DNA from: Oopsacas minuta
Taxonomy: Eukaryota; Animalia; Porifera
Direction of reading: 5' to 3'
Assembly (NCBI GenBank): GCA_024704765.1
Contig: JAKMXF010000354.1
Span: forward strand, 419,690-483,689
Length of the DNA stretch: 64,000 nt
Part shown: piece after piece, positions 24,062 through 35,000 of the stretch
Position numbering within the stretch: position 1 is the stretch's first letter
How the letters are laid out: each line of letters opens with the position of its first letter
Notes under the pieces: generated by a model
The model's database searches: none
Told to the model about the DNA's origin: nothing
Seen by the model: only the letters and a program-made list of their open reading frames with translations
Made by a program: the position numbers and the translations under genes

Positions 24062-24262
24062 TTTACGTTACTGTTATGATGTTATGCTTTACAATTCAGA
24101 ACTGTATATTATCCTACGAGTGTGTATGTATAGAAATTTTATTGAACTTCACTGCTACTAAGCTATGTGTGTGCTTATTTGTTGGTTTATCTGAATGTTT
24201 ACAATCGTTGATATCTACATAATCATAAGGTAGTTATTATTTAATGGGTATTACGTATGATA

Positions 24263-24342
24263 CAGTGAGATAGACATCCGCCAACTCGGTACAGCAAGTC
24301 TTAAGGGAAATCCTAAATGTTCGAGATACCGGATGTCAACTG
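24263..24342. mobile_element. Short degenerate TA-type MITE remnant
   Basis: TA-CAGT(GAGATA)GACATCCG on the left versus reverse complement CAGTTGACATCCG on the right; right flank CA instead of TA. Confidence 0.45.
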
Positions 24343-24542
24343 CATGTGTAAGTTGTCGATCATGTTGTGTATAAGGGATACTGGTATTCTACACATTGCC
24401 ATTGTTCTAGCTATGCCATTGATCCTTCAAAAGTCTGTGACCATATTTGTACAATTTCAGACTTCGATACAGGACGGTATTTGATATAATGGGAGTTAAA
24501 TGTAACGTAATTAGTACCTAACAGTCAGCTTTATCTAGAACA

Positions 24543-25139
24543 ATGGAGTTTAACACACAGTATAGTAATCAGATTCCTGTCTCAGACTTTGTGAGTTCTC
24601 CATCAACTCACTCTTCATTTACTGATGAAGATTCTATTCTAGAAGAGTTGGGGATAGACTTTAGTTTAATTATAAATAGAACAAAACAAGTTATCAATCC
24701 AATTATGGATTCTCCTGTTTCTTTCTCAAAAGAAGCAGATCTAGTCGGTCCATTAGTTCTATGTTTACTGTTGGGGAGTATTCTACTTTTGGGTGGAAAG
24801 AGTCATTTTGGTTACATATACGGAATAAGCATATTATCGTGTCTTGGGATCTACCTATTGTTAGGAGGGCTAGCTCCACAAACACCGAACTTCATGCTGG
24901 TAGTTAGTGTTCTGGGATATAGTATTCTCCCTATTCTCCTTCTAGCTACACTGGGCATATTTATTTCTATTAATAGTTACGCGTTTGGAAGTCTGATTAC
25001 TCTAATTATCGTCTTGTGGTGCACCTTATCTTCAAGTAGGATATTTGCTCACTCACTAGACATGAAGTCTCAACAGCTGCTAATTGCTTATCCATGTGGT
25101 TTGGTTTATGGCATATTTGCTCTATTAACAATTTTCTGA
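24543..25139 (+). CDS. YIPF5: Yip1-domain ER-Golgi trafficking protein YIPF5/7
   Basis: ILEELGIDF, DLVGPLVLCLLLG, HFGYIYG, SVLGYSILP, QQLLIAYPCGLVYGIFALLTIF. Confidence 0.92.
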   Translation: MEFNTQYSNQIPVSDFVSSPSTHSSFTDEDSILEELGIDFSLIINRTKQVINPIMDSPVSFSKEADLVGPLVLCLLLGSILLLGGKSHFGYIYGISILSCLGIYLLLGGLAPQTPNFMLVVSVLGYSILPILLLATLGIFISINSYAFGSLITLIIVLWCTLSSSRIFAHSLDMKSQQLLIAYPCGLVYGIFALLTIF

Positions 25140-25627
25140 TCTGTAGAGTATTATAAAACATTATCTTGTTATTTGTTCATCTATAATAAAACTCAACTCA
25201 ACTATAGTGTGTGTTGTGTGTGGTGTACATCAGTTGAGTTTTCGGACGATTTGCTACTATTTGAAACGATTTATAATTTTATTTCCTCAATAGGGAACAT
25301 ACTATTTTATAGATTAACTTTCGCGCGCTGATTAGTTAGATCAACGAAGCGTCTGGACTCGGCCAAAGTTCACTCAATTATTGGGACAGGCATGCATATC
25401 GGGCCATGCGCAGGGACGGCGCAAACAGTCAGGCTAGTTTAATTATATTGTAATGAGGATCGGGATAATGATTATACGGGAACGAAATTGTACGTATATA
25501 CATTCATTAACAAAACCTGGGCAAATAGCTTGCCACAACGTAACATATTGTGCTTATACTGTATTAATGAGTGGTAATGACATAGATTTTTAATGTATTA
25601 TAGCCTTGAGTTTAACTATATTACTAG

Positions 25628-25834
25628 ATGACTCTCGTTCCATTACTCACTCTTCTTATCTTATCCACATCTTTACATGAATGTACTGGTACTAAGGGTA
25701 GCTACACAACTCTTTCAATACTCAACTCTGGGAGGCTTAACCCTGCTATCACATCCCTGGTATGTATTCTAGTCATTGTAGTTTGTGTTTTGATAGCTAC
25801 CTATGTGTACTGGCCAGTTAGATTCACAAGATAG
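25628..25834 (+). CDS. Uncharacterised 68-aa single-pass microprotein (signal peptide plus TM helix)
   Basis: Hydrophobic N-terminus MTLVPLLTLLILSTSLHECTG, short polar segment, TM AITSLVCILVIVVCVLIATYVYW, basic tail; ATTACTAG directly abuts the ATG; coding-like composition in an AT-rich spacer. Confidence 0.6.
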   Translation: MTLVPLLTLLILSTSLHECTGTKGSYTTLSILNSGRLNPAITSLVCILVIVVCVLIATYVYWPVRFTR

Positions 25835-25955
25835 GATCAATTCAGACACTAATTATAAATTGATTGTTATCATAATTTGATTTGTATTATTTTCTTCAAT
25901 TACACACTCATTACATTAATAATTTATTACTTAACTTCAAGTTATCTCTATAAGG

Positions 25956-26041
25956 CAGTGGTTCCCAACCTTTTTCACCCCTTTACCAATTTTTACACAT
26001 CCCCTCCGTGGACTACCAAGCCGAAAGGTTGGAACCCACTG
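25956..26041. mobile_element. hAT (Charlie-like) MITE, 86 bp
   Basis: CAGTGGTTCCCAACCTTT left end, reverse complement of right end CAGTGGGTTCCAACCTTT; flanking 8-mers CTATAAGG and CTATGGGC are a partly decayed TSD. Confidence 0.75.
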
Positions 26042-26136
26042 CTATGGGCAGAGTATTTGTGACTCATTAATTATTACATTTATCCATAAAAATAATACGA
26101 AGCCTCACTAGATTTGCAATTCATATTTACTCTGAT

Positions 26137-26973
26137 ATGCTTTTCGACCTGAATAATAACTGGGTAGGAGAAGTAGACAAACTCACTCAGAAACAAACTA
26201 GAATGTTGGCTACCAAGATACAGCGAAATAAACAATTCAAACAAGTGAAGAATATATCCAAGAAGGTGGATAAACCTAGAGAACATCTAATGTTGAATAC
26301 AAACAGTTCTCTTAAGTCTCGTATGGAACAGAAACTGAGCTCTTCTAAGTTCCGCTGGTTAAACGAACAGCTGTACACACAGCATAGTAGTGGTGCTCTC
26401 AAGCTATTCACTGAATCTCCTGAACTATTCTCAGTCTATCATGAGGGGTTTAATCTTCAGACACAAAAATGGCCTGTGAACCCATTGGATCGCATCATTT
26501 CACACCTCAACACCCTCCCAGCTGATCTACTCGTAGCAGATTTGGGCTGTGGAGAGGCACGGCTGTCTCTAGAAGTTGATCAGAAAGTTCTATCATTTGA
26601 TCTGGTAGCTGTCAATAGTAGAGTGATAGCTTGTGACATGCGGAACCTCCCAATTGAGACAGCTACAGTGCACATAGCTGTGTTCTGTCTATCTCTAATG
26701 GGTACTAATGTATTGGAGTTCTTGTTAGAAGCAAGACGAGTACTGAAGCATAGAGGAAATCTAATAATAGCAGAGATTTTTTCTAGATTCGAGGATATCG
26801 ATAAATTCATATCTTCAGTAGAAGAGCTAAACTTCAAAATTGTGAGTAGAGATAATCTCACTGACATGTTTGTATTAATTAAGTTCAGAAGAAAGAAGAT
26901 TAGATCGATTTCTACTCACAAAATCGAAACTGATTTATTCTCACTCAAACCTTGTTTGTATAAGAAAAGATGA
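26137..26973 (+). CDS. RRP8: rRNA adenine N1-methyltransferase RRP8/nucleomethylin
   Basis: SSKFRWLNEQLYT, YHEGF...WPVNPLD, VADLGCGEARL, SFDLVA, FCLSLMGTN. Confidence 0.95.
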   Translation: MLFDLNNNWVGEVDKLTQKQTRMLATKIQRNKQFKQVKNISKKVDKPREHLMLNTNSSLKSRMEQKLSSSKFRWLNEQLYTQHSSGALKLFTESPELFSVYHEGFNLQTQKWPVNPLDRIISHLNTLPADLLVADLGCGEARLSLEVDQKVLSFDLVAVNSRVIACDMRNLPIETATVHIAVFCLSLMGTNVLEFLLEARRVLKHRGNLIIAEIFSRFEDIDKFISSVEELNFKIVSRDNLTDMFVLIKFRRKKIRSISTHKIETDLFSLKPCLYKKR

Positions 26974-27020
26974 TCATAAAAACACTTTGAATGCACTGAG
27001 AAAATGCGAAATTCGGACTT

Positions 27021-27144
27021 ACAGATGAAAGCTTGAATTTATATAAATTTTACATTTACATTATTTCAAGCTTTTCATCTGTGCAGAGCGAGCAAGCGAA
27101 GCTGCTTGTTTACGTTAATTTACGTTAATTAACGTAAAGCTCGC
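27021..27144. repeat. Hairpin plus perfect 20-bp palindrome in the RRP8-RPS6 spacer
   Basis: ACAGATGAAAGCTTGAA (27021-27037) pairs with 27065-27082; TTTACGTTAATTAACGTAAA (27119-27138) is self-complementary, with a duplicated half-site at 27109-27118; GCGAGC and GCTCGC flank it. Confidence 0.75.
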
Positions 27145-27268
27145 ATGCGATGAGTCTATGAATCCTTTCCTTGACAAAGGATAAAACCTAAGCTGATACA
27201 ATCAACCATTGAGATTCCATATTATTGATTTTTACTGTCTTTATATTTTAGTGATTAGTTAGGGAACA

Positions 27269-28006
27269 ATGGCGGAGATGAAACCAATGAAGCTAAACAT
27301 TGCGTACCCTCCTAATGGGACGCAAAAACTGCTGGAGCTAGAGACTGATGAGGAATATCGCCCGTTTATAGACAAACGTATTTCACAGGAAGTATCTGGT
27401 GATTCTCTAGGGAAAATCTGGAAAGGTTATACCTTTAGGATAACTGGGGGTAACGATAAAGAGGGTTTCCCTATGAAGCAGGGGATATTAACAAATGGGC
27501 GTGTCCGTCTACTGCTGAACAAGAATAGTGGCTGTTACAGACCCAAACGATCTGGTGAGAGGAGGAAAAAATCAGTTAGAGGTTGTATTGTAGATAAGAA
27601 TCTGAGTGTACTCAATCTTATCGTTGTTAAGCGAGGAGAGAAGGAAATACCTGGACTTACAGATAGAGAGATTCCTAATAGATTGGGACCTAAAAGAGTT
27701 GGGAAAATTAGGAAACTATACAATCTGAGTAGGAATGATGACGTCAGGAAGTACGTGTTGAAACGTCCCTTACCACTGAAACCGGGCAAGAAGCAGAGGT
27801 TTAAGGCGCCAAAGATTCAGCGCTTGATCACTCCAGTTCGTCTACGCCGAAAGAGACATCTTAAATCAATCAAGAAAGTAAGAATACAGAAGGGAAAGGA
27901 ACAAGCAGCTGCCTACCAGAAGCTACTCCTGCAGAGAGCTAAAGAAGCGCGTACTCGTCGTGCTAGTAGTATCCAGAAGAGGCGAGCTTCTAGCACGAGA
28001 TCTTAA
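27269..28006 (+). CDS. RPS6: 40S ribosomal protein S6 (eS6), intronless
   Basis: [49 protein letters not shown]-terminal RRASS phosphosite motifs; AATAAA at 28074-28079. Confidence 0.98.
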   Translation: MAEMKPMKLNIAYPPNGTQKLLELETDEEYRPFIDKRISQEVSGDSLGKIWKGYTFRITGGNDKEGFPMKQGILTNGRVRLLLNKNSGCYRPKRSGERRKKSVRGCIVDKNLSVLNLIVVKRGEKEIPGLTDREIPNRLGPKRVGKIRKLYNLSRNDDVRKYVLKRPLPLKPGKKQRFKAPKIQRLITPVRLRRKRHLKSIKKVRIQKGKEQAAAYQKLLLQRAKEARTRRASSIQKRRASSTRS

Positions 28007-28194
28007 CTATTTAGATGATTTTTGTAGAAGAGATTTAGGATTAGATTTGTAGGAAAATACTATTAGTGGAGATAATAAATACAAATTTCAATACTTCATA
28101 CGAATAGGATAATTTATCAATTATTACTTTTTGGAAATTATTAGAACGAATTAATCATATTTCGCATTCCATCGTTTTCACACAAACGACACTA

Positions 28195-28962
28195 ATGTTG
28201 TCTATCCGTTTATTAATATTGAGCCTGAGATTGGGTACACACTCCTCTAGAATCAGTACATGTCCTCTCTTACTAAAACTAAAGCAACCTGGTATGGCTA
28301 AACGTAGGGTTAGACAGCCAACCTTCAGAATGAATGAATCATTTCAGTTCCTGGATTATCAGAGGTGTTCATTGCAGCAGTGGAGTGATGTATATGAAGA
28401 CAATGATTGGAGTGATATATACCCTACTGAGAAGCCGTTCGATCCTTATCTCATAGGGCTACCTATAAGAGCTGGGGGACATAGGATAAGGAAAGAATTG
28501 CCTCCACTCGCGGAGGGTAACGTTGTATTTTGGGAAGATACAAATTTCTTCCATTTAACTCCACCAGCTATTCAAAAGCATTGTGAGGCACTCAAACCTC
28601 TCTGCACAGAATGGCCGTCTGACTTACCTTACTGTCCTATAGAAGTGGAAACTGTAGATTTCTTACTACCTGGAAATGAGAGGTATCATCAAGACGGGAG
28701 ACATGTCAGGATGGAAATAGATTTCGATTCACTTAACTTATCAGCTCGACCTCGTGAGAAAATGTTAGAATTGTTAGGAGATAAGTACGACATAGACAAG
28801 AATGTTATTAAACTGGAGTCACGAAGATGTCCCACTAAAACACAGAATAAAGAATATCTATACTATTTACTTAAAGTGCTATACTACGAAGCTAACCGTA
28901 CCGAGAAATGGGAAGAAATGAGATTAGTTAAGACCGAGTCTGTTGATAAAACTAGTAAATGA
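28195..28962 (+). CDS. MRPS35: Mitochondrial ribosomal protein S35 (mS35)
   Basis: Basic/hydrophobic presequence; NFFHLTPPAIQKHCEALKPLCTEWP, RCPTKTQNKEYLYYLLKVLYYEA; AATAAA at 28982-28987. Confidence 0.93.
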   Translation: MLSIRLLILSLRLGTHSSRISTCPLLLKLKQPGMAKRRVRQPTFRMNESFQFLDYQRCSLQQWSDVYEDNDWSDIYPTEKPFDPYLIGLPIRAGGHRIRKELPPLAEGNVVFWEDTNFFHLTPPAIQKHCEALKPLCTEWPSDLPYCPIEVETVDFLLPGNERYHQDGRHVRMEIDFDSLNLSARPREKMLELLGDKYDIDKNVIKLESRRCPTKTQNKEYLYYLLKVLYYEANRTEKWEEMRLVKTESVDKTSK

Positions 28963-28993
28963 ATAATTACTATTTAAATGCAATAAATGCTCT

Positions 28994-29040
28994 TAAATAT
29001 ATACTCAGGACTAAATATATACTCAGGACTAAATATCTAC
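28994..29040 (+). repeat. 18-bp tandem repeat (about 2.5 copies) in the MRPS35-PAXBP1 spacer
   Basis: TAAATATATACTCAGGAC twice, then TAAATATCTAC. Confidence 0.85.
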
Positions 29041-29080
29041 GAATCTTTATTATTACTCTTAATTGATAATATTAGCAAAT

Positions 29081-32000
29081 ATGATTGTATCTGGTAAGTT
29101 CAGAGGAAAAAAGAGGAATTTCAGGAAGCGGGTGTCTGATAGTTTGGGGGAGGGAGGAGATCCTACTCAAGATACAGATCCAGTCTCTATCGTACAGCAA
29201 GCACCCACTCATATGCTGGTAGGATTACACAGTAAGCATAGAATACAGTTAACACACAATATTAAACTGATTCAGCAATGTTAAGTATAACGTATAATAT
29301 TCTAACTAATTCTAATGTTGTAGGAGATTACAAGCAAACAACTAGACTTCCAAACACACGATTCAAGCAATGATGAAGATTCTATAGAACCTGTAAAACT
29401 GAAGAGAACCTCTCACAGCAGAAAGATGACGAAAGATAGCTTAACTCATAAAGCTGTATCTGAAATAGGCTCAGCACGTGACCTGTGTAATACTACTGGT
29501 TCGTTAGAGATAGATCCTTCACGTCTGGAGCTAGATACTGCTCCAATTGATGAGGTAAGCTAAGGTTAGTAAGCTCAGCTCCATCGACTCAACCTGTTCC
29601 AACTATTATATGCTATGTATTTCCTAGCATAATATTATAATACAATTTCAAGGTCACTAATAATTTAATTTACAAGTTATGGTAGTGTTACAATCCTCAG
29701 CTAAAATACAAAAATATTTAGTTCGGGCTATTAACTAGAGCTGTCAGATGACTCGTTAGCTAGCTGAGTAGACACTAGTTGATAGGAGGGAGGATTTGGT
29801 TTTCTTTTTATCTTATGCAGAATAGTGCTCTCTCTGTCATTGATTTTTCTGCCAATTGGATTCTTTATCTTAAACTGTCTAGCTTCTGAATAGTTACCCC
29901 TTCTCTTTAGCATTCTGCGTTTATATCCACCCCAATACAGCCAGGAAGCTAAGCAGATAAGAACGTTAGATAGACAAGAACATAGTAGTAGAGGCATAGA
30001 GGAGAATAAAATAGGCTGAATACATTCTGTGAGGTTAAATTCTAGTATATCGGAGATCTTGTTAGGTATATACACCTCTGTAGTTATAACTTGTGTAGTA
30101 TTAGCATCAGTACTGATAGGCTGTGTTGTTGTAGTGAAGGTAGAAGCATCAGTGTCAACTGGGCTATTTATAGTTGTAGAGGAAGCAGTAGAGATCTTCT
30201 GTGTACTAATAGTAGTAGCAGAACTAATAGGTTCTGTAGTTGTGGATTGTGAAGTAGAGGCTGCGCTTGTTTGTGTCGTAGTAGATACAGTTGTATCAGA
30301 ATCAATCTGAGGTAATTCAGTCGTATTGGTAGTAGTATTAGGTTCTTGTATTGAAATGTTACAATCCTCTCCCTCCCATCCGTCGTTACACAAACATCCC
30401 ATCACGTGATGACACGAGGAATTTCCACTACAAACACACTCTTCCAAACATTTATCTCCGTATTTTCCTTCTGAACACTCATCCTGACATTTATTCCCCT
30501 CATATCCAGGACTGCATATACACACACCTGTCTCAGGATGACACGTACCATGTGTAGAACACCAACACACCCTGTTACAGTTAGTTCCGTAGAAATGTAT
30601 CGGGCATGTGTTCTCACACAATTCTCCAATCCATCCGTCATCACACACACAAGTTCCCCCTGTCTCACAGCTCCCATGCTCTCCACAGGTACCGTTACCA
30701 CACATAAGCTCAGCACAATCTAATCCAGTCCATGGCTCAGAGCACTCGCATTCTCCTTCCACACACTCTCCATGCTGATTACAATCTTGTGGCACACAGC
30801 TCTCTTTATGTGCACACAAAATGGTAGATACTTGTCGCATACACCTGTATTCAGGACTAGGACAATGATCACTAACATGGTTCCCTAGTACCCCATCTCT
30901 TATAAGAGTAGCAGACCCTCCCCCGTCTAGATTAATAGCATTTACTGCTCCCTGTCGTATCATTATATCAGCTAATTCAAACAGGTTTATTCCTCTCTTC
31001 CTAGTCTGTCCATCTATTACAACCATCATTACTCTACCCTGCTCGTCATGACCTATTGCTGTACGTGCAGATATCACGTTAACGAAATGAGTTAGATTTC
31101 CTGTATCCTCGTTATTATCAGATTCTATATGCATACTCTCATTCACAAAGTTGCTACCATTCTTTACTAACCATATTATCCCACTCACCAGCTGTATGAA
31201 GGGATCTGTTTTGTCCTTAACCTCTTCATTAGATAGATACCCCACGTATATGTTACCACTCGCTTTTATACCAAAGTTAGCATTGACTACATTAGCTGAC
31301 TCTCTGACAAATCTACCATCTGAAACTATATTCCCTAAACACGCACTAGTTCCCATTCTGAAGAATCCAGCGTTCTGAGCTACAATACAGCCTCCGTTAC
31401 GTTTGCTGGCAGTTGTCATTACTGTAGCACGGACAGGCCAGAATCCATTACAAGTACCTGTTGTGTATGGTTCCAATACAGAGAAGGTGGTACGTGGGTG
31501 ATCAACAAATGTAACTGTACCTAATGCAGACCTTTTTGGGTCTGTTGTTGCGTCTATGAATTGCAGAGTCTGAATATGTGGGTATTCATCTGGATTAGGT
31601 TCGTGTGTCTCGTAGAAATGTGTGAAGTTTGTTGTTTTGTTTGTTGATCTTTCTAGACGTGGATTATCTGAGAAGGGAGAGAGAATATCTGTAAGGGAAC
31701 TAGCGATAGGTTCAGCTCTGATACTTTTCGCATTTCGTATATTAGTATACTCTCCTGCCTCTTTATTGAGCGTCAGTCCCAGCTGTAGCAGCGCCAGTAG
31801 AATTGATAATTGTAGAAGATTTATCATTCCGCTAACACTAATAATAAAGGAAATTTTGCTAATAGTAACTTAGAATAAGATAACTCATTGGAATACATAC
31901 AGCTCTAATGACATTGCGATCATTTCTTGGTTGGATTAGAATGAGTTAGTTGGCCAGTTCAGTTTGATAATAGTTATTCGTTGTTAAATACAGTATTTGC

Positions 32001-35000
32001 GAGCAATAAAATCACCATAAAATATATAGACATTCCTAGCCAGATTTAGAAAGCTTGGAGGTGTCATAGTGCCTCTCTCCTGAATATATTAACGATCATA
32101 TTAATATATTAACATTGGATATTCTACAGTAATTCCAGCCAGTAGATTTATAGAAGTATTTCAATCTGTAGACATAATCTGCTGCTGTATGCGGCTTACA
32201 CATAATCTTATGTAGTGATCTCCATACGCCATATTATATGGCTTACTGAATTGTTAGTGCTCTATTCAATCTATTGTAATTATAAGGTCGGAAAATAATT
32301 GAGAATAGGTTTTCATTGGAGAGAAAATAGATCCCAGCTCACAATGATTTACATCTTAGACAGGAATCTACTGAGAATTAAAATCTACTCTAAGCAAATC
32401 TCAGAGTATATACATCTTAAAGTATCCACTTATAACTTGCGTTCTACATTATAAACCAATACCAATCCATTACAAATTTACTCTAGTCATATTATAGGAT
32501 GTAGTCAGTAGTGGTGAGCTAACGAAGCTGAGATCTAACGTACAGATCGGTACAATTCCAGATGCTACTACAATCCATCTGGCTAAGAAACAGCGAGAGA
32601 TTGCTAGAAGAAAACAGGAACAGGACACAAGCGATCCGTTACCTACCTTCATCCCTATTAACAAACGTACCACCAAAACAGAGGATGTCCTGATGCATAA
32701 AACTCAGCACAATTCTTCTAGACTGATTAGAGAAGAGATGGATGTTGATCTTAGCGAGGAGGATGAATGTCTTACTAAGAATCAAGATTCTGATAAAAAC
32801 AGACAAAATAAAAATCCTTACAATCGGGAAATTAGTTCAGATGAAGATGAAGAGGTAATATCAAATATAACCGTAACTTACCAGTTAATAATACGTATGA
32901 TTATTTATCATTTGGTACAACTTATTTGCTTAAGTATGTATGTTGTGAGTTAATTTTGTTCCAACAAGCCTGTAACAGTATAATGTATGCTAAATATTAG
33001 TAGACACGTGCTTATGAAATTCTCCAGATCGACATTAATTATTTACCCGATCATTTCTTAACAAGATTTATTCGAATGGTAGGTATAATCGATAAAAGAG
33101 GAAAAATATAGTTAATACAAGAATTATACAACATTATGAGTAGGTATCATAAAATACAGACAAACAGACACAATCTCTACAAATGCAATAATTCAATGAA
33201 TTTTCAGATCATCAGAGGGATAAATATTACCATTAATTATAGTTCCTTTCAACCCTGTGTTCTTGGACCGATTTCAGAATTAAATTACCAGGTCCATGAA
33301 GTAGGAATATTACCATTGCTGCCTGAATGAATAAACCAAGCGTTAGAAATTTCGCGAGAAGACTCAACCCTTCTAATCCGAATCCATCAACCTCACTGAT
33401 TCCCATCAGTGCTGTAAGTGCAGGTAGAATTATTAACATTAATCCTATGAATCTATGAAATACCATTATTGTTTCTTTGTACCGTAGAGCCATTCCTGTT
33501 GGAATTAGGAACACAACTATGCCTACCAACCATTGTATTGCTAACATCACAATAGTGGTAATCCCAAACCAGCTGTGTATGCTGGTGAAATTCACTGCTT
33601 TCGAGTCAATTTTTATTTTTAGCACAATTCCGAATCCAGCTATTGCGAATAGAAGACTGGCCAATAGGATAACTGCATGGGATATCTTGAGAATAATACG
33701 ATCTAGCTTTATGATCTTGTAACGATATATCAGCATTGCGTTAGGTGGTAAGATACATAAACCCAATATCATGAACAACTTGTGGAGGTTGAAGAATTGA
33801 GGAGTGTTGGGGTCGAATGAAAATCCTTGATTTGATGCTGTATTTGGCTTGAGGTCAATATTGACAGTTAGAAAAGAGAAGAGGAGAGCTATGTTAGTCA
33901 GTACAACTATATTAACGATTATTATTACTACAATTCTGCCCCATTTACTAGACATAATCCTTAAGTAAGGGAAGTAATCTTTAAGCGCGATTATTTCTTC
34001 TTCCTTTTCCCTTTGAATTGTCGTGAGGGGTGTACCTTCATCCATTGTTTTGCTTGGTATAGGTTCTTCTACTATATGTCCCTACAGTTATGTATATGAT
34101 CTATTTATAGTTATCAGATAATATTGATTGTATATAGCTATCATGTTAATATCTTATTACAAAATCGTGATGCGCATGATACTATTGAAACTGCCTTTAT
34201 CCATATCATGTGCTCCCTCTCACGTTTTTAATTAGCATTCACCAACTACAGGACATATTTATACTTGTATATCCATATTCCACAATATAATACAATATGA
34301 TATACTACATGGCTTCACACATAATTATTACTATTGAATATGATATCGATCTCAGCAGTCAATTGGTATTTTTGTGTGGATTGATCTCATATGACTCTTA
34401 AATAATATAATATTTTAAGATATGCTTGATCTCATATGACTCTTAAATAATATAATATTTTAGGATATGCTTGATCTCATATAACTCTTAAATAATATAA
34501 TATTTTAGGATATGCTTGATTATTGAGCTATTGCATTATGTTGTATTGGAAATTTTCACTCAGTGACTATCTTGTGTAATTTACTTGATCTATTAAGTAT
34601 GCCCTGACTGCAACTGTACATTCTTTGTTGCTGGTCACATGTTATGCCAAGGTATTGTAATAGCCAAATCTAGATTATTTCGTTAATTATCTCCTTACAA
34701 AACCAGGTAATGAGATGGGAAGAAGAACAAATGATGAAAGGAGTAACTACTGGTGTAATTACAGAAGAATATGCTGTACCTGATCAACAAGGAGGGAACT
34801 ATCCTAATACTACAGGTTATTCTGGTTATGGAGAATATTATCATAGAAATGATACGAATACTGAGAATAGAAATATTTATTCAGGGACAGAACAATATTG
34901 GAGAGATACAGAAAATAGGTTAGTTGAAACATCTAATGTAGATTCTATCTTTTTTATGAGGACCTACATCCATAGTTTCATGATTGTCTCTCAACTTACC

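Noticed and set aside
27147-27196. Possible C/D-box snoRNA (GCGATGA ... CTGA) upstream of RPS6
   Set aside because: It is only 50 nt with an imperfect C box, no terminal stem and no convincing 10-nt or longer rRNA complement.
34381-34520. Repeat array as a CRISPR
   Set aside because: The units are contiguous with no unique spacers, there are no cas genes, and the context is eukaryotic.
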